A stretch of 64,000 nucleotides of DNA from Nymphaea colorata (GCF_008831285.2 NC_045138.2:6634001-6698000); one strand, 5' to 3'. Positions 13,511-26,659 are shown, counted from the first letter of the stretch. Notes: generated from the sequence alone by a model not told the origin. Translations and numbers: made by a program.

Positions 13511-15931
13511 AAGAGATAGATATTAGTAAAAGCGAGAAAGAAAATTTAAAATAGAAATCAAAAGAGACGAGCAAAACAGAGAGTGAGTTAGTAAGTGAGA
13601 GAAATGAAAGACAGATAAAGGAAGAGAGATTAATAAAAAATGGAGAAAGCGAGATCTTAAGAGAGAAAGTAAAGAAAGATAGAGTGATTAATAAAAAGGA
13701 GAGGAAGAAAGATTTTAAGAGAAATCAAAGAGAGAGATGAAGAGAGATTAATGAAAGCTAGACAAAATAATTAAAGAGAGAAATTAAAGAAAAAGAGATT
13801 TAAAGAGGAAAGATAAATCGAAGGGAGAGTATGAGGGGAATCAACAAGAAAGATGAAAAAAAAATTAAGAGATATTGAAGAAAGAGGGCGAGAGACAAAA
13901 ATTAATAAAAGAGAAAGAATGAGAGATTTTAAGAGACAAATCCGGGAGAAGAGAAAGAGACTGAATAGAAAAGGTAATAAACAAGAGAGGGGAAAAATTT
14001 TTTAATAGAAAAATAGAAGACAGAGAGAGACATTAACACAAGAAAGAAAAAAGAATTTAAAAAATAAATCAAAGGAAATTTATCAAAGAGATAGGGAGAG
14101 GGAGTGAGAAAGAGCATAAAAGAGAGAAAAAAGATTTTAATAGAGGAATCAAAGAGAGGGAGAGGGAGAGGGAGAGCAAGAGAGAGAGAGATCTAAAAGC
14201 TGAGGAGTAATCCAAGAATAGTCTACTTCGGAAGAAAAAGCCACTCCCATCGTTATGGGCCCAAACTATGAAGAAGTTGATGAAAGTAGCTCTTCTTGTT
14301 CTCTTGTTATATTTCAATCCTATTGAGGATGTACTTCTCAAGGAAAAGTAATACACTTTTGAGACACTAATAGAATGGTCAATAAGTGATTATCAAGAGA
14401 ATGAAGAAAAAAATATGGTTAAAGTTGTGGTTTAAAACTAAAAGAGTAACTAGCAGAGATTTAAGAGAGAAATCAAAGAGAGAGAGACATCTGAGAGAGA
14501 CAGAGTGAGATTAGTGATAATACAGTGTACACTAATAAAGAAAAAACATATAAAAATAGGCTTGACATTGAAAATAAAAACATCAGAATAAATTGCTATT
14601 TCACTATAATGTATGAATAAAAATGTAAATTACAATTTATGGACAATACCACAATGACTATATACACATTATCAACCTTAAATAATTTAAAACATCAAAA
14701 CTACTTACGACGATAAACCATAAATAATTAAGCATAAAACATTTCCAAATTGCATCCTATGTAGAATCAATGTTGAGATTTTATCCTTGTCGTTCTAATG
14801 TTGAGAGCTCATCCTTGGGATAATATCCATTTTCACGATCTATATAGAACTACTTAGAGATATTGCACAACAAATGGCAATGTCAAACGATATTCCTTTT
14901 GGGTGGGAGAGCCATTAATGAAATGAAATTGTAAGTATAAGGACATTGAAACAACAGTTTTTGCAGGTAGCACTGTGAGAAATGGAAGAAAAATCTAGAG
15001 TCGTTCATCTAGGTTAATCCAGAAAAGCCAAAATGAACGGAGAATTTCACCTAGCATGTTCATCTTGTGGATAAAAGTTACCGTGTTAGTTTTAGCATGA
15101 AACATACAACAAATCACAAAATAGCAAATGAAGAAAACGAACCAACATGATATGCTTGACAAACCATTGAATAAGGATATACACATGTAAAATAATATAA
15201 AGAATTACAATTTTAACCATTAAAACCTACATTAGGTGACTTTTTGGAAACTGTTCATTAAGACAAGGAGGAAGCATCATTCCTTAAGTAAACAATTAAC
15301 ATTTATGTTTCATGTTCACATTTTTCTATTCAAATTTTGCCATGAACGTAATTTAAAATTCATTACATAGTCTAATTTATATGTATCCTGGCAAATTTCC
15401 CTAGAAAGTGAGGATAAATGTTAGAAGGTGCATGAATGAACTTGAAAATGTGTAATTAATAATATTTGGTCCAGCGATCGTAAATAAAATGGCGCTGTTG
15501 TAGCTCTGTCTTAAATATTTACTAAGGTTGATGGCAAGACAATGGAAAACAGAGAAGTGAATCGAGAAGAGGAAATTAACAATAGCAAACTTACATGGCT
15601 TGTTCACATATAGGTGAGGAGCACACCACTAGTGGCTGCACTTGAAATTTTTTCATTGGCGTCTCTTTACAAGTGTTTTTTGTTCATTTTTCTCTTTTTT
15701 CTAATAAAGATGTTCTCTCTCTCTCCACCTCTTCTTCTTCTTACTGATCTTGTTTGAAAGGAAGAAGATCGAGCTGAGAGAAAGAAAGAAGAGGAAAGAA
15801 AGAAAAAGAGAAAGGGGAGAGTCCCCTTCTACTTTTTCCATTGCTTTAGGGGAGAATGTTTATGCAAAGAGGGTCGTTAGTGATGGCTGGAGGACCCCTT
15901 GATTTGGATCGAAAAGTAAGGAAGGGTGCCA

Positions 15932-16125
15932 TAGGGGCAGAGGCATAAATTTTTATGAGGAGGATCGAATTAAAGTTTTTAAATTTTGACTAGGGCCAAA
16001 GTATTATTTTTCATAATGTTTATGTAAACCAAATGAAATTTTCTAAAATTTTCATATAAATTTTTTTTAAAAAAAATTAAGGTGGGGCCAAGACCCAGGC
16101 AGGCCTTACCTTGGCTCAGCCCCTG
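15932..16125. mobile_element. Short MITE with (C/T)AGGGGC(A/T)GAG TIRs
   Basis: TAGGGGCAGAGGC ... GGCTCAGCCCCTG; no convincing TSD. Confidence 0.65.
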
Positions 16126-18781
16126 CTTGTACCACGCAGCAAGAGATTGCCTGCCTCTTGAAGCTTGAATGCTTACTTATTTTCAGATGCCCCGCACTTG
16201 ATCTGCTGCAGGAGTCAAGAGACCGTCATCAAGAACTCGCTCTCGTCATTAAGTCGCAAGCCCACATTTGGGACTCACGGATTCCATATGAAGCAAGTTG
16301 CCCTTAAAACGTCTATGGATGTTCTTTATTCTTGCCATTTTCGTAGGACTTCAATTTTAAAGTCTGAGCAAAAACATTTTGAATCTAATTTATAGTTGAC
16401 TGACAAAATGTCTCTATAAATTAAAATAGTTAAGAAACTAATATCATTTAAAAAATCTGAGAGAAGATAATTTTAGTAATGCATAAATTTTATATATATA
16501 TATATATATATATGACCATTAATTTCTCTAACAACATTTTCGTAGAAAAATGCATATAGTATATGGTTGACTTATGCTACCAATCATCCTAGACTTTCGT
16601 TTATTTAATTTATTTATTCAGTTCTTTGAGACAGAAAATTGTTTCGCTATAGATTATATTTTTCAATATGTAGTTCCTTGTTCAAATGGGTTTCCATTGG
16701 GGAAATTTACAGTATATTCCTATGAGTTTTAGGGTGAAAGAGGAAGGGGCCTTGGCTTCTTTATAATATCTCCAAATTTCTTTTACTAAAAAAAAAGGAA
16801 ATACTGAAGAACACATTGTAAAATTTGGGAAAAAAAATAAAAGGGAAAAGAAGGTCAAAAAACATTTGTTTGGTTGTAAAGGTACTTGTACTTGTTGAAG
16901 GCTAAAAGTACTTAATGTACCTGTATTTAAAGCTACAAGTGGTGTCCTTCACAGCATCACCGCCTATCAAAGGAAATGGATGGCTAAGATGAAACAGAAA
17001 ATCAGTTCGGCCCATCTTTGCCCTATTTTGTTGCACATATATATACGTTCCTTGCCACTCGGGTTGCAAATATGGATATGTCAAGTTTATGAAAATCTTC
17101 AAGAACTTATAGAGGAGGTAAGTTAAGTGATTAGTTCTTTGGACTACTAATCTTTTTGATGCAAGAATATATGCTAATGAGAGATAGGTTTAGATATTCC
17201 ACCAAAACTGGCTCTTCTCTGGTTATGCCCATCTTTTTCCTGAATCGGGTGAAAAACTTGTGGAACTTCCTCTAGCATCTTTTCAGTTCTCCTCCTCATT
17301 GTGGTGTTCAGATTCAGAATATACTCAATTTGGAATAAATTTGGTGTCCATTAATTTGCCTGTAAGTCTTTTTAATTGTGCATAGTTACAATAATAATAT
17401 TTATTTCATTTTATCCAGGCCAGCTTTATATTAATTTATGTATTTTTAGATCAATGTTTTTTTGGTGGTGCCAAGAAATCACGGAAAATAGCCCAACTGA
17501 CACCAAAATTTCAAGCACTAATGTCGTTCTCAAATTGTTGTGAATGTGCAAATTAAATAGCCATAAAAGGGAACCGTGTAGATGTGATCTCATGATCCCT
17601 ATGTTACAAAAAAAAAAAAAATGTGACTTGCTTTCTAATTATACCAATAGATCTGATTCACAAATCAGATTTCAATGAACTTTTTTTTTATAGATTTCAG
17701 TACTCCGAACGTAGCCATATGTAATTAGACGTGTAAAATATTTATTATCCTGGAAAATTCCCCTATAAAGTGAGAATAATTCTTAGAGGGTTCAGTTTTT
17801 ATCATAAAATCCAAATTCAATGGCATATTTAAGTTGTAGCAATAGGCTGATGATGCAAATGGGTTCAATTTCAACCTCATACTGGCTTTGGTCCAATTGA
17901 ATTTGGATTAAGATTTGGTGATCAACTAATTAGATCTGAATCTCGTTAGAAATACAATATTTCTTTTCCAGCTACATCTGAAAGGATGCCAATAACTAAT
18001 AATTAGATTTGAAGTAGTCAAAACCGGCAGGAGATTACAATCATATCCCTTTAGAAATTTTAAGAGGAAGAAGAAAATACGAGGCATCTGAAATTGAGTT
18101 GTGTGCGCCGTTAGGTGCACACAACTCATATACGCAGTAAGATTAGGGAGTCATTTTGGTAAATTTTTTTTAAAAATATTTTTCTGGTCTTTTTGTTTTT
18201 TTCGATTTTCATTTTTGTCTTCACATAAGTTTTCTTTTTTGTTTGAATTGGGGGTGCTTTTGTCATAACCACCATACCTTGCGAAAATTTTGTGCACCTG
18301 TATGGCATATATAAGCAGGTTCACTAAAAAAAAGTACGCTGAACTACACACCAATATGGCACATATAACAATGCTGTTCATTTTATAAACTTTGTTTTTT
18401 TTGCCCTTACTTAATGAAAAATTAATTTAAAACGAAAGCTTTAAAAAGAATAATAACGATTATAAGAGCCATCCATGATCACGTGCGACTACGGGCTACA
18501 TATGTTTTTAAGTAGATCTTGCCACCCTGTAGAGAAAAACACGGTCAAAATTAAGCAACTAGAAATTTAAAAAATTAGCAAGTAGATATAAAAAAAACGC
18601 TTCCCGAAGGTTCATGCATGCATCCAATGAAAAAGGAATCCCACAAACTTGATCAGAAATCTAAAAGACTAAACAAAGAAGATCGGGGTTGGGAGACTTT
18701 TCGGGATTTATTTAGCACCAATCATCGTTAAAGCACATGCCAGGTTATATATTTACAGTCCAAAAATTAAGTGGTGGGCAG

Positions 18782-19448
18782 TAGGGCTGGCACAGTGCAC
18801 ACTAGCCGAGTCCAGTTCTAGTTCGGCTTGACTCATGTTTAGTCAGTTCAAGCTCTACTTGAGCTCAACACGAGCTTCACAACTTCAGCTCGAGCTCGAC
18901 TCGAGCGACTGCCTTCGAGCTCGAGCTCGACTCAAGCGACTCGTTTAAACTCATTTAGCGACCGCTGCTGCTTTGACAAGTTCACCCTCAAGGTGCCTTC
19001 CTTTTTGCTGCATCCGAGGGCTCGCAGCATGCATGGGTGACAGGGTGAAAGTGTCACTGACGACATGGGGAGGAGAAAAGGCAGCATGTTGAGAAAAGAG
19101 AAAAATGAACCATGACCGTGGTGAGGAAAGAGAAACGGGAGGGAAAATGAAAAAAAGTTAGGTATAATAATGAGGTTTAAAAGAAAACTTGGCTGGGTAG
19201 GTGAACAACGGGAAAAAAGAGGGAAAATTAAAGAACTTCAAACAAAAAAAATGAAATTAAGCTGGTGAAGAAAGGACAAAAAGGAGGGAAAATTAAAAAT
19301 GCAAAATAAAAAATGATGAGATTAAAGTCGAGCCGAGTCGAGTTTAATCGAGTCGAGTTCGACTCGTTAACATACTCTAGTTTGTATTTAAGCTAGAGCT
19401 TGACTCATATAAACACAAGTCAAGCTCTCGATTAGTTGTGCAGCCCTA
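18782..19448. mobile_element. Non-autonomous hAT-like element
   Basis: TIRs TAGGGCTG(G)CACA / TGTGCAGCCCTA; subterminal GAGCTCGACTC/CGAGTCGAG repeats at both ends; interrupts a sequence that is uninterrupted at ~1970 and ~10270. Confidence 0.78.
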
Positions 19449-20049
19449 GGCAAGCTGATGGGTTTATTCTTTTTTATAAAATCACGAACTATAACGTAAA
19501 GGAGGAAGAACTACGTAAGTAAATAAAGGGGAAGACCTGCTGTTGGTTAAACTTCTGAAGCCCACTGATGGAGTTTCTTTGTTATAAAATCAACAAAAGA
19601 GAGAGGAAGTACGTTGCCGTGTTCAGTAAAGAAGGGGAAGGTATTTCAGTAATTTAGTAAAAAGAAATGTCTTCTACTATCTTTTTCCTTTTTTCATTTT
19701 CAATTTTATTTTTATAAAGGTTTTCTTTTTGAGTACGAACTAAGAGTATTTTAATCATTAATCAAAAAATCATGCACCATTGTGTATATATACACACTCT
19801 CTCTTAATTAGACCTACATCTTGTATTCATACTCAAGAAAAAAAAAACTTAATAACATTAATGGTGGGATATAATGTTTTCAAACTTATTTTGATCTAAA
19901 TTACTACCTTGGTCTTGCTACCAAATTACTCCTAGGAAAATATCCAAGAGGTTAGATTGTTAAAAAAGAAAATGTTTTGAACGTTGCATTTTAACATAAG
20001 TAATTGTTTGCTTCGTTCAACAATCATTGGCCAAGTACTTTTGGTATGC

Positions 20050-20133
<84 letters not shown>

Positions 20134-21018
20134 CCGTATCTTTATACAGTCCCCTGATCGTGGACAAGTGAGGCGAATTCCGATGGATTTTTGAGATCCT
20201 AGACAACATGTAAAACCAGAGCAAGGGAAAGAGATGGTCCAACATTATGTGGTCGATCTGTAAGAAGCAAGACGTGAATTTCTTCACGTAATTCATGAGT
20301 TGGATTTCAACTTCATATCTGAAGAAGGTGCGCTGAACCACGCACAAGTGCACAACTTTATGACAAAAATGAAAACAAAATAATCGACTTTGTTTTTTTT
20401 TTTCCTTCTTAAATGGAAAAACAAGTTAAAACGACAGCTTAAATAGAATATTCTCCGTTAAGAGTGATCATGTGGCCTACGGGCAATATATATCTGGCAA
20501 CATGTCCACTATTTAAAAAAAAGTTTCGTCTTCATTTTTATATTAGCTTACTCCCGCCTGAGCGCACTTCCTCTCTAATTTATATTTTTTTAAAATTGTT
20601 GGCGACGTATAAGTCTAGGTGATGTGGAAGATTGGGGTTGGGGATTTTCTTGATTTTTTATGAGTAATTATGGATTTTGCCAACCTGTAGACTTGTAGAG
20701 CACATGAGCGCACCATGGTCCAAATAATATTCTAAGTTATTGGAAGCTGGCCTACGAGTGGCAGGTTTCCATTTCCTGGCTTCGATTTTGAACGTCAACT
20801 GCCCCCAAGAGCCAGCAAATTTGCAAGCTCATCTGCGTTGGAATTATTTTGTCAAGATACGATACGATGGCTTTAGACTTATTTTGATTTCAATTATTAG
20901 CTTGGTTCACCTACCAAATTATTTTTAAGATTATACCTAAATGGTTAGACTGTTAAAAAAATGTATTGAACATTGCATTTAGACATAAGTAATTGTTCCT
21001 TTGCTAATATTGTACTTA

Positions 21019-21061
<43 letters not shown>

Positions 21062-21729
21062 CAACTTACTTTATGCCTAACTTAACATTATGATAAAGAT
21101 CGGATCTGGCAAATGGATTCAGTATGTACATTAGCAACGAGTCCAAATTTGACTGTTAAGTGCAGCAAATTGTTTGTAGCTAATGAAAACAGATAAACAG
21201 AAGATTAACATGAAATCTCACCAATCTGATAACGGGAACTCTAAGAGACGTAGAAGGCTTGTGTTAGGGATCTTTCCACCAGATTTATTTAGCAGCAACT
21301 AAATATAACTAATTTAATTTCTTCTTTAGCTCTACTTAATATAAACATGTATGATTGAATATTTTTGTTATGCGCTCCAGTATTATAAGCATGTTTCACC
21401 GGACTGAAGAGAAAAACAGGTCACATTATATCGCTAATGGGAAAATTCATGTGAATGGTAAAAAGCTGCAATTTGAATGTAGCTAATGGGAGAAGGAGCC
21501 GCCAATGGAACTGATGAACCCACTTGCTGTCATGTAGCCTAAATTAAATGGAGAAGAGAGCTGTTGCATCTACTCTCTACCACCGGCAAGTCAACCATGT
21601 GGTGGTGGAGCCAGTTGTCAACAAAATTCTGGCAGCATGGTCTTTATATGTTAGCTATTTGCCTTTCTTCCCCAGCACTTGAAAATTGCTTCTCTTCCTC
21701 TTGCTCCATTTATTGAAAAACCAGGGAAG

Positions 21730-24700
21730 ATGGCAATGGTAATCGACACACTTGCAGAAACAGCTATTTCTAATCTATTGGGGGCTGTTACCAGTTTGTT
21801 GAAAGAGAAGGTGGACCTCATATGGAATGCCAAAGACGATCTCAAAAGACTCAATTGGAAGCTGGAAAAGTTGCAGAAGGACCTCAAAACCTTGGATCGC
21901 AAGCACTTTTTCAGCAATGAGCGTGACAAAGATCTAGAGAATGAGGTGAAGGACATTTTATATGATGCCCAGGACATCATCGAAGAATACCAAAACGTAG
22001 TTGATCTCAGCAAAAGGGAGAAAGATTCTATGACTTCATTGAACAAGGTAAGAAAGCCCTGGATCATTCTGTGCTCTTGCTTTAAAGAACATGTATCTGC
22101 TTCTTACCAACTTGGCAATGAAATTAAAAACATAAACCGAAGGCTTGATGAAATAGGAAATGATAGTAAAATGGTGGATTTGCTCAACACAACACGAAAA
22201 GAGAGTAGTGGTAAGGGTCCTATTGGCGATGAACATAACAATCCTCGAGAGACAACCCATTACATAAGTACTACACAACCACCCATAGGCAGGGCGAACG
22301 ATAAGGAGAAAGTAAAAGAACTCTTGTTTGATGGCTTTACGGAGAATAGTGTGCTAGGAAGACGTGGTGTTTCTATTGTATCCATTGTAGGTCAAGGTGG
22401 GATTGGGAAAACTACTCTTGCTAAAATGGTCTTTAAGGAAGCCGAAGAACAGTTTGGGAAACACAGGTGGTGGGTTTGTGTTTCAGAGATGCGAAAGCCT
22501 GAGGATTTCCTGCAAAAGATAGTGAAGGAAGTATGCAAGGGATCGGAGAGAGAACTTGAGGGTACCACTTTGAGTGCCTTGCGCACACAATTAGAAAGTG
22601 AGCTCTCGAAGAGCAAGTTTTTGTTGGTCTTAGATGATATGTGGGAATTAGGTTGGTGGAAAGGAGAGGTAGAGGACACCCTGATGGGAGGTGCAAAGGA
22701 GAGCAAGATTGTGATCACTAGTAGAAAGGTTGAAGTCTCCCAAGGGATTGGTGCTAAAATGCATAAATTACCAGCAATGACTTTCGAGGAAAGTTGGTGC
22801 TTGTTTCTGGATGTGGCATGGAAAGAAGAAAATGAGTTGGCAACTCACAATTTGAAAGGTATTGGGGAGAGGATAGTGGCCAAGTGTGGTGGGTTGCCGC
22901 TTGTAGTCGAAACGGTGGGGTCCTTAATGCGTACAAAAAGGATGACGAAAGCTGTCTGGGAAAGCGTTGAGAAGAGTGAGATCTGGGAATGGAAGATGCC
23001 TGCCTCATCACCATCTTCTGAAATATACGGTAGCATTCTTCCTGGTCTCATGCTGAGTTATGATGATTTGTCACATGATTTGAAGCGTTGTTTTGTGTAT
23101 TGCTGCATTTATCCAAAGGATTATGAGATTGAAAAGGGGAGATTGGTCAAGCAATGGGTGGCACATGGATTGATTGACCAAAAGAAAGGCATTGATGTGG
23201 AAGAGACAGCAAATGAAAATATTGATAATTTGATATATCGGTGTTTGTTTGAAGAAACTGAAGATAAGAAAATAAAATTGCATGACATTTTGCATGACCT
23301 TGCCTCGTACATAGGTGAAAAGGAATATAGGCATGCCTCTGCTACTGAGCAAACACGCCATTTGTCATTACTTGGTGTAGACGATGCAGAAGCAGCCATG
23401 AAATATAATGCCCTAGGAGCAGGAAATAAGGTGCGGACATTGTTGAGTAACTCCTTGTCTTCGGTGGAATTCACCAATTTCAAGTGGTTGAGGGTGTTGT
23501 CATTGATGGGATGTCAGATGGATAAGCTACCAAACTCCATTGAATGCCTTTCACTTCTAAAATATCTCGATCTAAGCGAGTCTAATGTGAGACAGTTGCC
23601 CAGTTCAATTGGCAAACTCCATAACTTGCAAACATTGGATTTAAGTAATAGCAACATTGAAGAGTTACCCGAGGAAATGGGCGAACTGTGCAACTTGAGG
23701 TATCTTGGGCTGAAAGGAACAGAGTGTTTGACATTTATGGCAGAAGGTGTAGGGAAGCTTACCAATTTACGGACCTTGCATAGGTTTCTGGTATGCGATG
23801 AGAAAGGGGACACAAGAGGATGCAATATTAGGGAACTAAAAGACTTGAACAAACTGAAAGGGGAATTGTTAATAAAAGGTTTGGGTGGGGGAAGGGTGAA
23901 AGTAATTGATGCAAAGAAAGCACAACTTAAGGAGAAGCATGAGCTAAATATTGTGGCATTGGTCTTCAAGAATGACAAAGTGGATAGTGCTTCTGACCAG
24001 AGGAGTTTGCTGGAGGCTTTGGAACCTCCACATGGCATAGAGAGGTTGGGAATTTGCGATTATGAAGGAGATAGGCCTGCATGGTATTTGGACACCAACT
24101 ATGTGGAGCTGCGGACACTAGAGCTGCGACGTTGCCCATTGTTGGCAACAATTATAGGAATTAAATCATTGGAAAAATTGGAGGTCGACATCTGCCCAAC
24201 ATTGTGTGAATTGCCAAGCATGCTTTTCCTAAAGTCATTGGTGGTAGAGGGATGTAATATGCTGAAGACTCTTGCTAATATGCCGGCCTTGGAGTCATTG
24301 AAGGTGGCTGCATGTGGCAGCCTAGAGCAAGTAGCTGAGATGCCTGCACTCAGGTCACTGAGGGTGGTCAGATGTAATATGTTGAAGACTCTTGCTAATA
24401 TGCCGGCCTTGGAGTCGTTGGAGGTAAGATATTGTGACAGCATAGAGCAAATAACAGAGATGCCTGCACTGAGGTCATTGAGTGTGTACAGATGCAATAT
24501 GCTGAAGACTCTTGCTAATATGCTGGCCTTGGATTCGCTGAATGTGAGTTTTTGTGACAGCCTAGAGCAAGTAACTGAGATGCCTGCACTCAGGTCATTG
24601 GAGGTGGGCAGATGTAATATGCTGAAGACTTTTGCTAATATGCCGGCCTTGGAGTCGTTGGAAGTGAGAGATTGTGGTAGCCTAGAGCAAGTAGCTGAGA

Positions 24701-25548
24701 TGCCTGCTCTCAAGTCGTTGAAGTTGGATGGATGTAATGGGCTGAAGACTCTCGCTACCATGCCTGCCTTGGAGTTGCTGCAAGTGGAAGATTGTAACGC
24801 TCTAAAGCAACTCCCTACTCGCCTTGCTTCACTTAAGATAATGAAAATGGAGAAATTGGCCAACTGGAAGGGGTGGCCAGCAGCTGGATCAGGGGAAACA
24901 ACATTTACTTCTATGCCATGCTTAAGAGTGGCTTTTTTTTCCAATTGTCCAATGATGCAAACAGAAGGCTTGATTTATGCACTATCGGAGCTGGCGGGGC
25001 ATGACGGCCAAGCGACTCAACTCCAAGAGCTGACAGTGTGGGATTGCCCAAATGCAAGTTTGGGTTGGAAATTGCTTCAACACCTTCCTAACCTCAATGA
25101 GTTAGCATTGGGTGGGACAGTTTTGGAATCAATAGTAGTGCCATCGGAGGTATCGACAATTCTGCCCTCCCTCAAGAATCTGATTTTGATGGACAACAAT
25201 AGTGGAGATCTCAAATGGGGAAAGGTGCCTGACTGGGTGTGGGCTCTCTCCCAACTGGAGGAATTGGGCCTACGATGTTTTACTGAAGACATCAGCTTGG
25301 GAGGCCACTGGCAATGCCTCCCGAAACTGAAAAGTCTATGGCTTTGGGACTTCCCCAATCTAAAGTCTCTGGTGGACGTGAATAATATTACTCCCCAACA
25401 AAATGAAACAACATGTCCCACGGATGCCAAGCAACAGATTACCTGCCTCTCGAAGCTTGAACACTTAGGAGTTCAGAGATGCCCCGCACTCGATCTGCCG
25501 CAGGAGTTAAGAGACCGGCTTGGAGGGAGGTTGGACATATATGAATGA
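21730..25548 (+). CDS. CC-NB-ARC-LRR (CNL) disease-resistance protein, intronless, ~1272 aa (NLR1)
   Basis: Single ORF; first ATG at 21730 (the track start at 21679 is TTG). Motifs: EDVID-like YDAQDIIEEY, P-loop GQGGIGKTT, kinase-2 FLLVLDDMW (non-TIR W), RNBS-B SKIVITSR, CGGLPL, RNBS-D CFVYCCIYPKD, MHD-like LHD, followed by LRRs. Confidence 0.96.
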   Translation: MAMVIDTLAETAISNLLGAVTSLLKEKVDLIWNAKDDLKRLNWKLEKLQKDLKTLDRKHFFSNERDKDLENEVKDILYDAQDIIEEYQNVVDLSKREKDSMTSLNKVRKPWIILCSCFKEHVSASYQLGNEIKNINRRLDEIGNDSKMVDLLNTTRKESSGKGPIGDEHNNPRETTHYISTTQPPIGRANDKEKVKELLFDGFTENSVLGRRGVSIVSIVGQGGIGKTTLAKMVFKEAEEQFGKHRWWVCVSEMRKPEDFLQKIVKEVCKGSERELEGTTLSALRTQLESELSKSKFLLVLDDMWELGWWKGEVEDTLMGGAKESKIVITSRKVEVSQGIGAKMHKLPAMTFEESWCLFLDVAWKEENELATHNLKGIGERIVAKCGGLPLVVETVGSLMRTKRMTKAVWESVEKSEIWEWKMPASSPSSEIYGSILPGLMLSYDDLSHDLKRCFVYCCIYPKDYEIEKGRLVKQWVAHGLIDQKKGIDVEETANENIDNLIYRCLFEETEDKKIKLHDILHDLASYIGEKEYRHASATEQTRHLSLLGVDDAEAAMKYNALGAGNKVRTLLSNSLSSVEFTNFKWLRVLSLMGCQMDKLPNSIECLSLLKYLDLSESNVRQLPSSIGKLHNLQTLDLSNSNIEELPEEMGELCNLRYLGLKGTECLTFMAEGVGKLTNLRTLHRFLVCDEKGDTRGCNIRELKDLNKLKGELLIKGLGGGRVKVIDAKKAQLKEKHELNIVALVFKNDKVDSASDQRSLLEALEPPHGIERLGICDYEGDRPAWYLDTNYVELRTLELRRCPLLATIIGIKSLEKLEVDICPTLCELPSMLFLKSLVVEGCNMLKTLANMPALESLKVAACGSLEQVAEMPALRSLRVVRCNMLKTLANMPALESLEVRYCDSIEQITEMPALRSLSVYRCNMLKTLANMLALDSLNVSFCDSLEQVTEMPALRSLEVGRCNMLKTFANMPALESLEVRDCGSLEQVAEMPALKSLKLDGCNGLKTLATMPALELLQVEDCNALKQLPTRLASLKIMKMEKLANWKGWPAAGSGETTFTSMPCLRVAFFSNCPMMQTEGLIYALSELAGHDGQATQLQELTVWDCPNASLGWKLLQHLPNLNELALGGTVLESIVVPSEVSTILPSLKNLILMDNNSGDLKWGKVPDWVWALSQLEELGLRCFTEDISLGGHWQCLPKLKSLWLWDFPNLKSLVDVNNITPQQNETTCPTDAKQQITCLSKLEHLGVQRCPALDLPQELRDRLGGRLDIYE
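24229..24828 (+). repeat. Coding tandem array in NLR1: ~10 x 60-bp (20-aa) LRR units with 120-bp higher-order period
   Basis: GATG(T/C)AATATG(C/T)TGAAGACT(C/T)TTGCTAATATGC recurs at 24251, 24371, 24491 and 24611. Confidence 0.93.
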
Positions 25549-26659
25549 TCATTAGTGTTGCTATATGATGTTACGGAACATTTTCTATTCATTTTCAATT
25601 GTCTGAAATGTGTGTGGCTTTTAAAATTGGTGTTGTCTTGGTTAAATATTCATCTTTTTGCATTTTGTCACCTCTTTTCTCTCTCTCCCTTATCTATGCC
25701 AGCAATACAAACCACTATATCGGCACTTACTTTTACTTGTCCCCCATCCCGCATTATATTTTAAACTTAAATTAAAAAGTATTGCTAAAAAAAATATATA
25801 GTCATTAGATTGGTACTAGACATGGTTTACGTTGTGATGACCGTTTATGAAGGTCTTAGCGACAAATTGTGGTTCTTTTAGAGGGTGTTAGATGGCCTTG
25901 AATGTTGATTTTGTAATTAAAATAATAAAAACAAAATTCTACCTCAAACTGGAATTCCCTTGAAAATTTCACTTCTAGTTTTCCTTTGGGTTTAATAATA
26001 TGAAATTTTAATTTTAAAATTGAAAATGACGTGTTTGATAAAAAAAATAATTGAAATTCTATAATTGATGAATTATAACTTTCGTCTCTTGTGCCCTAAT
26101 GTGAAACAAAAAAAATAGAAAATTCTAGAACCATAATTCCACCTCCTAAGGAATAATCACAACTCCATAATTTTGATTCAACATTGAGCTCAAAATTTTG
26201 AAATCAAAATTCTTCATTTGATAACACAATCCTAATTTCATCACAATGAGAATTATAATTCTAGAATTCTACAATTCTTGTCAAGTCAAATACTCACTTT
26301 TGGATGCCAATATATCCGACCTGAATCGCATATCCGTTCATAATGTTTTGAAAAAAATGAATATGAAAAAAAATGAATATCCGATTAAGAAACTGGATCA
26401 GATTCGACTCTAAGAAATGACATCTGATCGGATTTGGATATAAATAAAATCTGATCAGATTCACATCGGTTTTATTTTTAAGCAAATATCCTATATCTAA
26501 TGCTTCTACATTTTGAAAATCGGCCAAATTTGGTTCAAAGTTCATATTCGGATTCAAATATGATTGTAAAAATCTGATTCCGATTGTGAAATCGGAATTT
26601 ATTTTCAGATTTGGATATCACTTCTTTTGTTCCTACTCAAATCTGAACAGAGATAGATA

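Noticed and set aside
16900..17460. Possible exons (GAG|GTAAG donor near 17118)
   Set aside because: No recognisable protein and no consistent gene structure.
21679..21729. 17-aa N-terminal extension of NLR1
   Set aside because: Starts at TTG; alignment with NLR2 supports ATG 21730.
24099..24944. 281-aa antisense ORF (and other ORFs antisense to the NLRs)
   Set aside because: Shadow of the repetitive LRR codons; no independent features.
24830..25548. Integrated domain at the NLR C-terminus
   Set aside because: The sequence continues as degenerate LRRs (LxxLxLxxCP) in both genes; no foreign domain recognised.
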